From assembly GCF_006345805.1 (NCBI RefSeq), contig NC_042998.1:26474001-26538000 (forward strand): a stretch of 64,000 bases of DNA. The letters run 5' to 3'. The stretch comes from Octopus sinensis (taxonomy: Eukaryota). Below are positions 35,273 to 48,701 of the stretch, in pieces (position 1 is the first letter of the stretch; each line of letters begins with the position of its first letter). Below the pieces are notes generated by a model. It saw nothing but the letters and a program-made list of their open reading frames with translations. It made no database searches and was not told the DNA's origin. The translations under genes were made by a program, and so were the position numbers.

Positions 35273-36917
35273 CAATAATAATATGCCAGTGTTATATTTA
35301 ATACATTTTTGCCTATGTAAATAGCTGATTAAAATATGTAGGAGCACAGTTAATTTGACATGCAAGAAACGAAAATAGGTTTTTTTGTCATGTTTTAAAT
35401 TTTGTTAATTACTGTTTTCTTAATAGATTACAATTTGTTAATCCATTAATGATCTACCAATTAATCCATTAAAATATAAACATATGTAGACATCTTAGAC
35501 TATTTCTATATTTGAGAAGCCAATTTTTTTCGAAGAGGATTTTATTTCTCCAGCATTTTTCAAATTTATGTTTATGATCCTATACAGACTTATTAAAAAA
35601 AAAAAAACAAAAAAAAATTTTCTTTGAAAACGCTATGTTCTGCTTTTAACTCTGGTCTTCATATTTTGAGATATTTGAGAGATATTCACTTGAGTTGTAA
35701 TCAGATATCTACAAGTGCAGCGTCAGCTACACAGACCTTGTTGCTGTTTTTAGTTATTTTTATTTTTGTTTTCTTCTTGTTTTTATTATCTCATGACTAG
35801 GAGGCAAAAAGCCTACAGTTCTTTGTTAGAACAGACATATAAGATTAAATCTTTGTACTTGAAATACTTGCAGGTTCCTTTCCAAATAGAAATAGGATTT
35901 ATTTCTATATGTTTCTTACACTACCAATGGATATATTTCAATCACGGGAAGGATACTTTATATAAAGCAAACATTAAATCAAAGTTGTCTTAGCTGTTCA
36001 GACATTTCATTATAGAAACTTGATTCAAGAGATATGTTAACACTCATGTTTTCTTTCATAAACAGATTTTAATCTGGGCAGAAATTAATTTCACTTCACT
36101 GTTTAAAGCAGCCTGCTTTCATAGTCAGATTATTTATTGCATTTCAGAAATTAATATGTTAATATTAAATGAGGAAGTTCAATGAAAGTTTAGACTTATG
36201 TTCCAAATAGGACTTCAGTTTTCAATATCCTTAATAAAGTGGTGAAGAAGGTGTAATGTTAGAAATATTAAAGGGATGTGGTAAATAACATTTTTTAAAA
36301 GTTTCTTACACCAGTAGTAATCACAAAAATTATGTGGGGATCAATTAAATGAAAATACCAAACATTAAAATAATCCTAATGTGATAATAAAACCATTACT
36401 TAAATTTAAATGTTTTGAGTTCAAATTTAATAAAGTTCAGTTTTGATTTTTCTTCTTTTTTTTAAAAATATTTTTCAGGGATTGATAAGCTAATGACCAA
36501 TATTGTGTTGGGTGGTAGGGTAGCAAGTTGGTAGAATCATTACTGTTCCAGAAAAATAAGCTTAGCAGAATTTCTTCCAATTTTACACTCTGAGTTCAAA
36601 TGCCACCAGGGTCGACTTTGTCTTCCATCCTTTTGGAGTTCATAAAATAAGTACCAGTTATGTACTGAGGTGAATGTAGTTGAATTACACCCTCTCCTCA
36701 ATTTCAGGCCTTGAGCCAAAATTTGTGACCGCTACTGTGTTGGGTAGTACTTAATATAGATGAGTTAAACCCTAAGATGTATAAAGCTAAGAGACCCTCG
36801 TGTTAAAAAATTGCAACAAAAGATTTAACAAAAGTTGAAATCAAATATCTTTTAATTATTTTGGAACCTCTGCAGATTGTGAGACTCTAAGCAGTAGCTT
36901 ATTTAGATTTTGACTAA

Positions 36918-37250
36918 ATCATCATCATCATCATCATCATTTAACGTCTGTTTTCTGTACTAGCATGGGTTGGACGGTTTGACTGGGGTCTGGGAAGTCA
37001 GGAGGCTGCACCAGGCTCGAGTCTGATCTGGCAGTGTTTCTACAGCTGGATGCCCTTCCTAATGCCAACCACTCAGTGAATGTAATGGGTGCTTTTTACG
37101 TGCCACCAGCACAGAAGCCAGGGGAGGCTGGCAGCGGGTACAGTCGGTTGGTGCTTTTTACATGTCACCAGCACAAGCCGGTCAGAGCGGCGCTGGCATC
37201 AGCCATGTTTGGATGCCAGTGCTGCCTTGACTGGCTTCTGTGCCACACAT
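36918..37250 (-). mobile_element. RTE 3'UTR-derived element
   Basis: (CAT)n tail and GGATGCCCTTCCTAA block. Confidence 0.85.
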
Positions 37251-37279
37251 TCCAAAGATAGAAATTGTTATTATTAAGA

Positions 37280-37700
37280 TTCCAGTATATCTTAGGGCAC
37301 ACAGTGAATGTGCACCAAGATATAGAAGCCAAAATCTTAAGAAGAATAAGTTCAGGATGAACAAAACAAAACTAGACCATATCACATGTACCAGACTCTT
37401 CAATAGCACCGTGCTATCTGTGTTCTTATACACAAATAAGATTCAGGCTACTGCAAAAAGGAAAGAACAATTGACTATAATACAAAAGGGCCATGGAATG
37501 ATACCTGCTCAGACTATCATTACAAGAACATAATCAAAATGAGATAATTCAAGAATGGAGTGGATTGAATGATGCAATCACAGAATTTTGAAGGCACAAG
37601 TTCCTTTGGGCTCAGACATGTTGCAAAGTTCACAGATAATAGGTGAACCCATGGAGTTGCCAAGTGGTATCCAAAAGAGTACTGTAAAGACCCATGTAAT
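37280..37700 (+). pseudogene. Degenerate RTE ORF2 C-terminus (second RTE family)
   Basis: LFNSTVLSVFLY..QKAME..WA(GH)VAKFTDNR..KWYPK across frameshifts. Confidence 0.7.
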
Positions 37701-39114
37701 TTTTACACCTGTGTAATTTACGCAGGTGATTTTCAGGATAAAATTTGTTAAAAAAAAAAGCTTCTACTCATGTAAAATTTACACCCAAAAGTTTCCAGAA
37801 TTGCTGATATAACCAGGAGGTAAAGGTTTCCATTTTTAGTTGTATTTAGCATAATTTCACTTATGATTAGATTTTATTAAATTTTCATTAAATAGAAATA
37901 ATTTCCATTAAACAGGTATCACATTAAAAGTTATTAAATTACAAAGTGTTTGTGTTGTTTATAATAATATAGCCCAGACCATGATTACCAGCATGAACAT
38001 CAGACTTAAAAAGTAATTAAACATTTAATGGTTTTAGTAAATTTATACAGAAAAAGTAAGCATTATACCATCCAGCATAAATAAAAGTCAACTTTATTAT
38101 ATTTAAGCCTTTATTTTTTTCTATAAAAACCTATTGTGACACTAAATGAGTCAACTTCTGGTACGAGTGTTTACATTTTGTATGTCTTTTTACAACAAAA
38201 AAAATTTCTAAAAAAATTCTGGAAACAATCTACTCATGTAATTCAAACCTAATCAGAAAAAGAACATTCATTGTGGTTCTGAGTTGTTAATAAAGAACTA
38301 GCTTATAGTGTGAGCAGGATAGAGGGAAATTAGTAAATCTGTCAGCTGTTATCATTTATCACAATGAATTTGTTTAGTAAGATAATTAACTGATTGTAAG
38401 AAAGTACAAAATAACCTTTGACCTTTAGCTAAGTTAATCTCTTTTTGTTTTAAGCTTCTAACTGTGCACATACTGAGAAGGAATAAATTTTCAAGAAAAA
38501 TACTAATTGGTACTCAAAATTTTTATTAATTTTAATTTCATTCATCAGAGCAGTCTGTTAGCAACCTTTGACTTTAATTCAGATGCTTAGTGTCCAAAGC
38601 CACCTTGGCATCTTGTAATATGCATGTTAGCATTTATCGTTGTGCATCAGTAAATTCTTGAGCAATTGAGATATTGAATAAATTTCAATTTCTAGTAATA
38701 ACAGTTTCACTTCATTTATAAAACATTCATGCTTCATTCCTCAAAAAATATCAGGCTTCATAAATACACACAGATTATTTTTCATAATTTCCATTGAATA
38801 TAATGAATAAATATTTAAATTTTTATTGCCTTTCTCAACTGTATACAATCAATACAAAGTGTGCCTAAAAAGTTTTGAACAAAAGTTTGTAACATTAAAA
38901 TGAGTGGCTACGACAAGCTTGGCATACAAGAGAATAGTGTGACATCAACCACCTCAAAAACCTTTTCCCCATGAGAACAAATTAACTTCTGTAAGCACAT
39001 AAAGGTGTTAGAGTATAAATGTGTCGAGACTGGGTTATCATTTATTTTTTTTTTATTTTAGTCATTAAACTGTGGCCATGCTGGGGCATGACCTTGACAA
39101 GTTTAGTTGAACAA

Positions 39115-39590
39115 ATCATCATCATCATCATCATCATCATTGTTTAACGTCCATTCTCCATGCTAGCATGGGTTAGACAGTTCGACCGGGGATCTGGGAA
39201 GCCAGAAGGCTGCACCAGGCTCCAGTCTGATCTGGCAATGTTTCTACAGCTGGATGCCCTTCCTAACGCCAACCACTCCATGAGTGTAGTGGATGCTTTT
39301 TACGTGCCACCTGCGCAGGTGCCAGGCGAGGCTGGCAACGGCCACAGTCGGATTGGTGCATTTTACATGCCACCGGCATGGAAGCCAGTCGAGGCGGCAC
39401 TGGCGTCGGCCACGATTCGGATGGTGCTTTTTACGTGCCACCAGCATGGAAGCCAGTCGAGGCGATGCTGGCATCGACCACCTTCAGATGGTGCTGTTTA
39501 CGTGCCACAGGCTCAGGGATCACAACTGCAGTTTCCATTGATTTTGATGTCGGTGTACTTGACTCAATGGATCTCCCTAGTATTTATTTC
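39115..39590 (-). mobile_element. RTE 3'UTR-derived element with internal tandem units
   Basis: Same tail and repeated GGTGCTTTTTACGTGCCACC units. Confidence 0.87.
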
Positions 39591-39649
39591 ACTACATATT
39601 TCTTAAAAATCTGATGCTTATTCAGTTGTTTTTTTTGCCAAGTTCCAGG

Positions 39650-39830
39650 AGATGTGGTGGGGAGGATTATAGAGATGTGGCCCTCCTGATACAGGAATGC
39701 CTCTAGGGATAATCTAGGAACTCCACTGTCTGAGATTTCCCTGAAACTCTAAGAGCAAGTACCCTCTCCAATTCCTTCTCTCCAACTCACATGTCTACAT
39801 TTAGAGAGGTACCATCCACTCAAGCAATTT
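39650..39830 (-). mobile_element. Short second copy of the Tx1-like 3' end
   Basis: Reverse complement of about 31800-31980. Confidence 0.75.
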
Positions 39831-39837
39831 TTGAATA

Positions 39838-40960
39838 ATGAGTGGCTGTGTGGTAAGTAGCTTGCTTACCAACCACATGGTTCCGAGTTCAGTCCCCACT
39901 GTGTGGCACCCTCGGCAAATGTCTTCTACTATAGCCTTGGGCCAACCAAAGCCTTGTGAGTGGATTTGGTAGACGGAAACTGAAAGAAGTCCGTCGTATA
40001 TGTGTATACATTTATGTATGTATGTGTGTGTGTGTGTATTTGTGTGTATGTGTTTGTTCCCCCAACATCACTTGACAACCGATGCTGTTGTGTTTACGTC
40101 CCCGTAACTTAATGGTTCGGTAAACGAGACTGATAGAATAAGTACTAGGCTTACAAAGAATAAGCCCTGGGGTCGATTTGCTCGACTAAACGCAGTGCTC
40201 CAGTATGGCCACAGTCAAATGACTGAAACAAGTAAAAGAGAAAATAAATTAATAGCTCTTTAAATGAAAAGTTTGCTTCTAAACCATCTGATCTTGGGTT
40301 CAGTCCCACTTTGCAGCACCCTGGGTGTCTTCTTCAGTAGGCGCAGGAGTGGCTGTGTGGTAAGTAGCTTGCTTACCAACCACATGGTTCCAGGTTCAGT
40401 TCCACTGTGTGGCACCTTGGGTAAATGTCTTCTACTACAGCCTCGGGGCAACCAAAGCCTTGTGAGTGGATTTGGTAGAAAGAAACTGAAAGATGTTCAT
40501 TGTATATATGTGTTGTTTGTGTGTATGTTTGTGCGTCTGTGTTTGTCCCCCCCCCACCATCGCTTGATGACCAATGCTGGTGTGTTTATGCTCCCATTAC
40601 TTAGCAGTTCAGCAAAAGAGACCAATGGAATAAGTACTAGGCTTACAAAGAATGAATCTTGGGGTCAATTTGTTTGACTAAAGGCAGTGCTCCAGCATGG
40701 CCACAGTCAAATGACTGAAACAAATAAAAGAGTAAAAGAGCATAGTCTTTGGCCAAACAAAACCTTGTGAGTGGATTTGGCAGATGGAAACTGAAAGAAG
40801 CTTTTTGTCTATATGTATCCACACACACACGTATATATGTATATGTGTGTGTGTGTGTCGGCATGTGGTACCTTGGGCAAGTGTCTTCTACTATAACCTC
40901 GGACTGACCAAACTCTTGCAAGTGGATTTGGTAGGCGTAAACTGAAAGAAGCCCGTCGTG
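39838..40960 (+). mobile_element. Cluster of SINE family A copies and fragments (39838-40243, 40340-40740 and others)
   Basis: Repeated consensus heads and tails. Confidence 0.88.
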
Positions 40961-41106
40961 TATATTATATATATAAAATACCGTCTGTGTGTGTGTGTCC
41001 TCAGTGCACGCTCAAACCTCTGGATCAATCTGTACCATACTTGGTGTACTTGAATAATTTGATCTTGATTTATTTATTCTTAGTAAAAATAAATAACATT
41101 GCTTTA

Positions 41107-41497
41107 TCTATATATATATAAAGCTGAAGTTGTCTGTGTATGGCAGGTTTGGTAGCCTTCAACTAACACTATCTCCTCCGAGACCCTGCGGTGCAAGTTG
41201 ACCAAAATTGAGAGAATGATAGAAGGCCTGCTCTTCCTTCCGTGGAAGAAAAAAATTCAAATTGGACCATGTTAACACCAAAAATTATTCACATCAAAAA
41301 GGTGCTTTTTTTCTATGAAAATCCCTATTTTTTACGATTTTTTTTACTGCTGTGTCGCCATTTTTCGGTGTATTTCAACCAGAAAAATGTTCACTTAAAG
41401 AGAATAACAAGCTACATAATGCAAAAGTTTTACTTTTCAAAAATTCCAATTCTAAAGGGTTGAAACAAACCCGAGCAACACCGGGCGATACTGCGAG
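41107..41497 (+). mobile_element. Non-autonomous Helitron
   Basis: A^TC 5' start (TCTATATATATATAAAG), 3' hairpin CCCGAGCAACACCGGG then CGAG^T (CTAG variant); no TSD. Confidence 0.75.
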
Positions 41498-41499
41498 TA

Positions 41500-43900
41500 T
41501 ATTTAAAGATTCACTTCTTCGAATGGTTTTCTGAACTTCCTGTTTTTGGCGTTCTGATGTAATAACTTCTTGTATTTGACGTCTTAACCATCTGTTTGCG
41601 CACACGCGTATGCATACGTAAGGAATTTCAGAAGGTACTGAAATGAGGAAAAAATTTCACACGGAGATAGACACCTTTTTTTTTGATTTTCCAGTACATA
41701 TTTCGGACATTTCTGGAACAAGTCGCCTTATTAACACTTGATATTCAGTTGGGACGATTTCAGTTAAAAAAGAATTTCTAAAGGTACTTTCATTTTTTTG
41801 TATTCTTTTTGGCGGCATAACCACAGATTTCTGCTCCCCCGACTTTGAACGATCGTAACTTTCAGAAAAATGAATATTTGTTAATGAAATTTTCTACGAA
41901 TATGTGTTATATCATGTACATTCTGAAAATATACAATTTTTTTGATGGGGAGTGTTTTAATAGGAGATGGAGGATTTTCGCAAAATTCACCGGAGTCCAC
42001 TTCAGTTCGTCTTGACTTTCAGGAAAACGGATATTTTTAAATGAAATTGGCTACAAATACACCTCGGACTGTGTAGATTCCGAGTATAGAGAAATTTTAG
42101 GGGAAAACAATTGAAGGGGTACTGAAATGAGGAAAAAATTTCACACGAAGATATCTTGATTTTCCAGTACATATTTCGGACATTTTTGGAACAAGTCGCC
42201 TTATTAACACTTGATATTCAGTTGGGACGATTTCAGATAAAAAAGAATTTCTAAAGGTACTTTCATTTTTTTGTATTCTTTTTGGCGGCATAACCACAGA
42301 TTTCTGCTCCCCCGACTTTGGACGATCGTAACTTTCAGAAAAATGAATATTTGTTAATGAAATTTTTTACGAATATGTGTTATATCATGTACATTCTGAA
42401 AATATACAATTTTTTTGATGGGGAGTGTTTTAATAGGAGATGGTGGAGGATTTTCGCAAAATTCACCGGAGTCCACTTCAGTTCGTCTTGACGTTCAGGA
42501 AAACGGATATTTTTAAATGAAATTGGCTACAAGTACACCTCGGACTATGTAGATTCCGAGTATATAGAAATTTTAGGGGAAAACAATTGAAGGTTGTTTT
42601 TGAGAACTGTTCCACGCTCGGGCGTGTTTCTGAACAAGTCGTCCATATTTGTTTCATTTTCTTCGTTTCTGCATTCGTAGATTTCTACTTGAGCAACAGG
42701 CAAACATGTGCAAATGAGATATGTGCGTGTTTGTGTGTGTAAAGAATTTCAAAAGGTACTTTCGTGTGGTATTTATTAATTAAATTATCGACGAATATGC
42801 CCCACCTCCTTCACTTTTCAATTTTTCCCCGAAATTTTACGGCTTGGTTTCACAAGCGCTCAAAACGGAGAAAATGAAACAAATATGGACGACTTGTTCA
42901 GAAACACTTCCGAGTTGGAAACGGTTCTCAGAAATAAACCCCCAATTGTTTTCCCCAAAACATCCTATATATTCGGAATCTACATAGTCCGATGTATATT
43001 TGTAGATAATTTCTTTAAAAAATATCCATTTTCCTGAAAAACTTCCTCCCCCAAATTTGTATATTTGGAATATACATGATATAACGTATTCGTAGGAAAT
43101 TTCATTTAAAAAATGGTCAAACTAAAGCGTTTGACCCGGTCAGAAAGACAACAAATAAAATAGTGTAATAGGTGTAAAACAACTTGCTCTAAACGAATAT
43201 AACAAAAAAACGTGCGCTCGCGAAAGGGGTGGGGTGTGAGAGAGGACTCGGAAAAACAAAAAAAAAATAGTGTAATAGGTGTAAAACAACTTCTCTGAAG
43301 TAATGAAGAAAATCGCTACCCTCTACTTATATATATATATGTATATCAATGGTTTTCAACCAGGGTTCCCCAAGAAGTTACAAAACTGCTAAAATCGGCA
43401 GTAATTTTTAAGTCTCCTGTGCAGATTTGTGTGCATAAGACTATTAAATTATTGCACAGGATATGCTGAACATTATGGTTGTTAAAATTGTAGATTGTCT
43501 TCAGAACAAATATTTTAAAGTTTCACAAAAATGTAGATTACGCCTCGTTTAGAGGAAGTTGTTTTACACCTATTACACTATTTTTTTTTTTGTTTTGTTT
43601 TTCTGACTGGGTCAAGCGCTTTAGTTTCTGAAAGTTATGATTATCCAAATTCGGGTGCAGAAATCTGTAGTTATGCCTCCTCCGGCTTTCTATTTGTGTA
43701 AGATGTGTGTGTGATAAAAACATTTTCATACGGAGATTTTATTTAATTGCTCAGTTGTCAACATTTATAGTTATGTGAGTGTATGTGTGAGGGAAAAAAA
43801 TTTTATACGGAAATAGACATCTGTTTTCAATTTGAATGACGTAATGTATATTGAACATTGATTTTCCAATACGTATATAGGGACCACGCTTGGTCCTGTC
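41500..43900. repeat. Modular patchwork of direct (period about 480 bp) and inverted repeats, probably Helitron/foldback-derived
   Basis: GGTACTGAAATGAGG at 41635 and 42118; 42340-42670 inverted at 42865-43110; 43120-43200 inverted at 43545-43625. Confidence 0.75.
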
Positions 43901-43954
43901 TGAGATTTGAAACCAAATCTACCCTACTGTTGTTTGTCAAAACAAGCGCCGCGC

Positions 43955-44220
43955 GGGCGATCTTTCGATAATAGTAACTTAACTGTCACTAATAAATTTA
44001 CGTGGGTTTATTTACATTTCTGAAGATATATGTACATACATACCCTGCGTGACATCGTGAGCAGGGGTCACTGGGTTGACATTTATCTTGTGAGTGTACC
44101 TTTAATTCAAAAGGTTACAATGCGCAGTGTATGTATATACATATATATATCTTCAGAAATGTAAATAAACCCACGTGGTTTATAAGTGACAGTTATGTTA
44201 CTAGTATCGAAAGATTGCCC
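43955..44220. mobile_element. Foldback/MITE with inverted arms of about 95 bp
   Basis: GGGCGATCTTTCGATA..CTGAAGATATA vs TATATCTTCAG..TATCGAAAGATTGCCC. Confidence 0.7.
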
Positions 44221-44379
44221 AAGGTCAGTCCTTTGATTACGGTTTGACCTACATTACTGACCATAGTCTACAGACAGCATTTCCTATCTCTTCCTCTTCT
44301 GTGTCAGCCAGACCAAGGAGCAACACTCTCTTTTGTGTCAGTTATGACCAAGAAGCAGTAGTTCCCTTCTTGGCAGAAA

Positions 44380-46950
44380 CACTGTGATAGCTTTGCAAGA
44401 AATGTTCCACACCCACAAAAATCTCATAAGAAGCTTCAAGACAGCAATGGAACAGCCACATCCAAACATCAACATTAAAGTAGTAATCAGGTCAAATAAG
44501 AGACCAGTAGGTGAGCCAGAACGTCATTTCAGTGCACCAGCGAGATTCCAGCTCTGCTTTACCTACTAATCTTCTGGCAAGGGCAAGATGGATATCATTT
44601 TAATATTTCATTAAACAGCCCACTAACAAGAAGGTCTCAGCCAATGACTATTACGCTTACTGATGATCCGCCCTGCCAACCCAAGCCATTTTCTGTGGTG
44701 CTGTGACCTCCTCCATCGATTCCTGGTTGTCTCTGCAATGGTTGAGAGTGAGCGCCTTCTCTTCATTCGACAAAATCAGAAAAAGCTACGTGTAGAGTCT
44801 TATGTCCACCTACGTGATGACATTACAGCGGATTGTGATGTCAGCAACATGGGACAGTTGGTCATTCTGCCATCTACATTCACAGGAAGCCTTGGTATAT
44901 GCACGAGAGAATGCAGGATGCATTGACATATGTCAGGACATATGGACGGCTCGATCTTTTCGTGATATTGCACCATCTGAGTTCAGGATTATCTGTTTTG
45001 TCAGGAAGATTTGATTTGGATGAATTTCGTCTTTAAGCCAGATTAGGATGTGGGCATGCGGCAGACCTCATTTCTGCCATTCAACTGTGTACATGTGGCT
45101 AACAGTTTCACCAAAGATGTGATGCTTGGTAATAAGTGCTAACATCTTCAATAGCTTTTGCTGAAACACACGTGCCAAAAGGTTGTGCTTTAGTGAGAAT
45201 GTTATCCTGGTAGAAGCAGGGCCTTGATTTCATCCCACAGAGGGTTGCAGACATTACAGATTGCAGAAGCAAAATCAAGATCTCGAAATCCAGCTGACTG
45301 ACAACATCAAGAATGAGACTCAACTTCTTGAAGACAAAGTCTTTCAGCTTTGAGGAAAACCTTTTCAGGAGTATGGCTTGCCAGATCCAATAAGAGAACA
45401 GATCATGAAATTTTAAGGGAGACATCCTATAACATGAACAATCTCTATGAGCATGTGACAGAGAATAAGCCAAAGCTTTTGACTGAACAACAGGCAGCTT
45501 ACAATTGCATCATTCAAAGGAGGAAAAAGGTGGCTTGTTCTTTTTGGATGCTCCTGGTGGTAGTGGCAAGATGTTTTTGATAAACCTTTAATTAGCAAAA
45601 GTCCATCTAGATGGGTGCATTGCATTGGTGGTAGCATCTTCTGGAATAGCAGCTGCTCTCTGGACAGGTGGACAAATAGCTCATTCTATTTTCAAGCTTC
45701 CTTTGAATTTAGTCAGGACGGTGGAATTGAAATCAAATTCGATGACAGCACTGCATGACTAGCACCATCTGAACATGCTCGTTGCCAGGGTCGTTGACTG
45801 GCTCCTGTGCTGGTGGCACGTAAAAAGCACCATTCAACCGTGATCGTTACCAGCGTCGCTTTACTGGCACTTGTGCTGGTGTATGTGAAAAACAACATTC
45901 GAGCAAGATCGTTGCCAGTAACGCTGGACTGGCTCCTGTGCAGGTGACATGTAAAAACACCATTTGAGCATGGCCATTGCCAGTACTGCCTGACTGGCCC
46001 TCGTGCTGGTGGCACATAAAAGCACCCACTACACTCTCGGAGTGGTTGGCATTAGGAAGAGCATCCAGCTGTAGAAACTCTGCCAGATCAGATTGGAGAC
46101 TAGTACAGCCAGTCAAACCGTCCAACCCATGCCAGCATGGAAAGTGGGACGTTAAACTATGATGATGATGAGAAACTCCAGTTTGCAACATTCTAAGACA
46201 TCAGCAAAGGCCAAGGTCTTGCAGCAGACACGCTTGATTGTCTGGGATGAATGCACCATGTCTCACTGTAGAGCACTTGAAGCTGTTGACTGTAGCCTAA
46301 GAGATTTGAGAGGAAAAGACATTCTCATGGGTGGAGGTCACTACAGTTTTGGTTAGAAATTTCAAACAAATCCTTCCTGTGATTCCAAAAGGTACAAAAG
46401 TAGATGAACTACAAGCCTATCTCAAGCAATCCTATCTGTAGAGGCAAGCAACCAAACTGCACCTGACAGGTAACATGAGGGCCCAATTATTTGTTGATCA
46501 AGCTACCGGGCTGTTTTCAAACCAGCTTCTGAAGATAGGGAATGGGCAACTACCATATGTGAACCAAATGCAGCAACACCGGCTACCCTGTGGTGAGATG
46601 GTACCCACTGTCAATGATCTCATAATGCATGTGCTCCCAAACATTGCATAAAACTTTAGCAACAGTCAATGGCTCTGTGAGCGAGCCATCTTAGCTCCAC
46701 ATAATGATGCTGTCAACAAAATCAACTGGGATCTCTTACAGCTGTTGCCCGGACAAGAACAGTCTTTCAAATCCCTCAACACTGCCATTGATCAGGACTA
46801 GGCTGTAGCTTTTCCAAATGAGTTCCTGAACTCTCTACAGCCATCTGGGATGCCACGTCACCACTTAACACTTAAAAAGTGGACCCCAGTCATGTTGCTC
46901 AAGAATCTGGACCCACCTTGTCTGTGCAATGGCGCTATAACCGGTGGTGA
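44380..46950 (+). pseudogene. Decayed Helitron RepHel (N-terminal Helitron-like domain plus PIF1-type helicase), interrupted by an RTE tail at about 45716-46170
   Basis: RQNQKKLRVESY..VILPSTFTGS..MHERMQDALTYVRTYGRLDLF; Walker A DAPGGSGKMF; VASSGIAA; AHSIFKLPL; Walker B LIVWDECTM; ERAILAP.ND; [12 protein letters not shown]; [14 protein letters not shown]; multiple stops and frameshifts. Confidence 0.92.
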
Positions 46951-46999
46951 AAGGGATGCAGCCCTGTCTTAGAGGTAACAATTTTGACTGGGTTCTATA

Positions 47000-47355
47000 A
47001 GAGTGAGGATGTATATATGTATTTGTGTGTCTGTGTTTGTCCCCCCCCCACCATCGCTTGACAACCGATGTTGGTGTGTTTACATCCCTGTAACTTAGTA
47101 GTTCGGCAATAGAGACTGATAGAATAAGCACCAGGCTTACAAAGACTGTCCTGGAGTTGATTAGTTCGACTAAAGGCGGTGCCCCAGCATGGCTGCAGTC
47201 AAATGACTGAAACAAAGAAAACAAGAACAAAAGAATATATGCATTGCGAGGATGATCCGGTTCTTGACTGAAGATTGAAGGCTTCGAATGTTCCCTCCGT
47301 GTTTTTTGTATCGTCTTCTAAATGTTTTGCGTTCTTGTCCCAGTTTGTATTTTTT

Positions 47356-47432
<77 letters not shown>

Positions 47433-48401
47433 ATCATCAGTTAATGCCAGTTTCCCATGCTGGCATGGGTAGGATAGCATCATCATCACACACACGTATG
47501 TATGTATATGTGAGTGTCATTGTGTTTGTGACCCACCACCACGTGACAACTGTTGCAGTGTGTTTACATCACTGTAACTTAGGAACTTGGTAAAATAAGC
47601 AAATAAAACAAGTGCCAGATTTTAAAATAAAACCTGGAATTAGTTTGTTGTACTAAATCCTTCATATTATTGCCCCAGCATGGCAGCACCTAACATGGCA
47701 AACTGAAAAAAAGCAAGAGATTAAAAATAGAGATACTGCAAATACTATTGAAAAGTTATTGCTTACCAACCACATGGTCTTGGGTTCAGTTCCACTACGA
47801 GGCACCTTGGGCAAGGGTCTTCTACTGTAGCTTTGGGCAGACCAAAGCCTTGTGAGTGGATTTGGTAGAGGAAACTGGGAGAAGCCCATCGTATATATAT
47901 ATGTATGTATGTATGTATATATTTATGTGTGTTTGTGTCCGCATTGTCTCTGTTTGTCCCCCACTATCCCTTGACAACCAATGTTGGTGTTTCTACATGC
48001 TCTGTAACTAGGCATTTCAACAAAAGAGACCGACAGAATAAGTACTAGGTTTACAAAGAATAAGTCGTGGGGTCGATTTATCCAGCATGGCCGCAGTCAA
48101 ATGACTGAAACCAGTAAAAAAATAAAGTTTTCATTTTTCTTTGTAACAGATCTTGACCGAAACAAAAACTGATGCAGGTTATTGAATAGCAGTTTCCTTT
48201 TGAACATATAGTTGTGTCGAATTATAAGACAGAATATATAAACAATCATCAGACAAGCAGGAGTGTCTGTGTGATGAGAAGCTTGCTTCCCAACCACATG
48301 GTTCTAGGTTCAGTCCCACTGTGTGGCACCTTAGACGTCTTCTACTATAGCTTCAGGCCTTTTTGAGTGGATTTGGTAGACAGAAACTGAAAGAAGCCCA
48401 T

Positions 48402-48435
<34 letters not shown>

Positions 48436-48540
48436 AGTATGTAATTCATATCAAATTATAGCTACTTTTTTCCTTGTTTCAGCCATTTGACTGTGGCCAG
48501 GCTGGAGCACCACCTTTAGTCAAGCAAATCAACCCCAGGA
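47000..48540. mobile_element. Cluster of SINE family A fragments in both orientations, plus a short RTE tail (about 47432-47470)
   Basis: Consensus blocks at about 47000-47225, 47755-48125, 48258-48410, 48465-48540. Confidence 0.8.
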
Positions 48541-48630
48541 ATAGTATCAGTTCTTGTTCTGTTAACGTTTTGGCATTCAGACGAGTGTACTGGCATAGAT
48601 GTGGCAACATTTGAAATTTTGTCGAGGTAT

Positions 48631-48701
48631 ATGCAGCTGATGAAGACAAATCAAATCTACATTGGCAAACGTATTTGAAGAGTCTGAAACTGGTACTGCA
48701 T
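48631..48701 (+). ncRNA. Minimal type I hammerhead ribozyme, family 2, catalytic core intact
   Basis: Stem I ATGCAG/CTGCAT; CTGATGA; stem II AGAC/GTCT extended by CAAAT/ATTTG; GAAA; stem III AC-TG-GT; cleavage triplet GUA (48693-48695). Confidence 0.75.

Noticed and set aside
47255-47300. CTGAAGA..GAAGGCTTC-GAATGTT hammerhead-like string
   Set aside because: A15.1 missing and no stem I complementarity.
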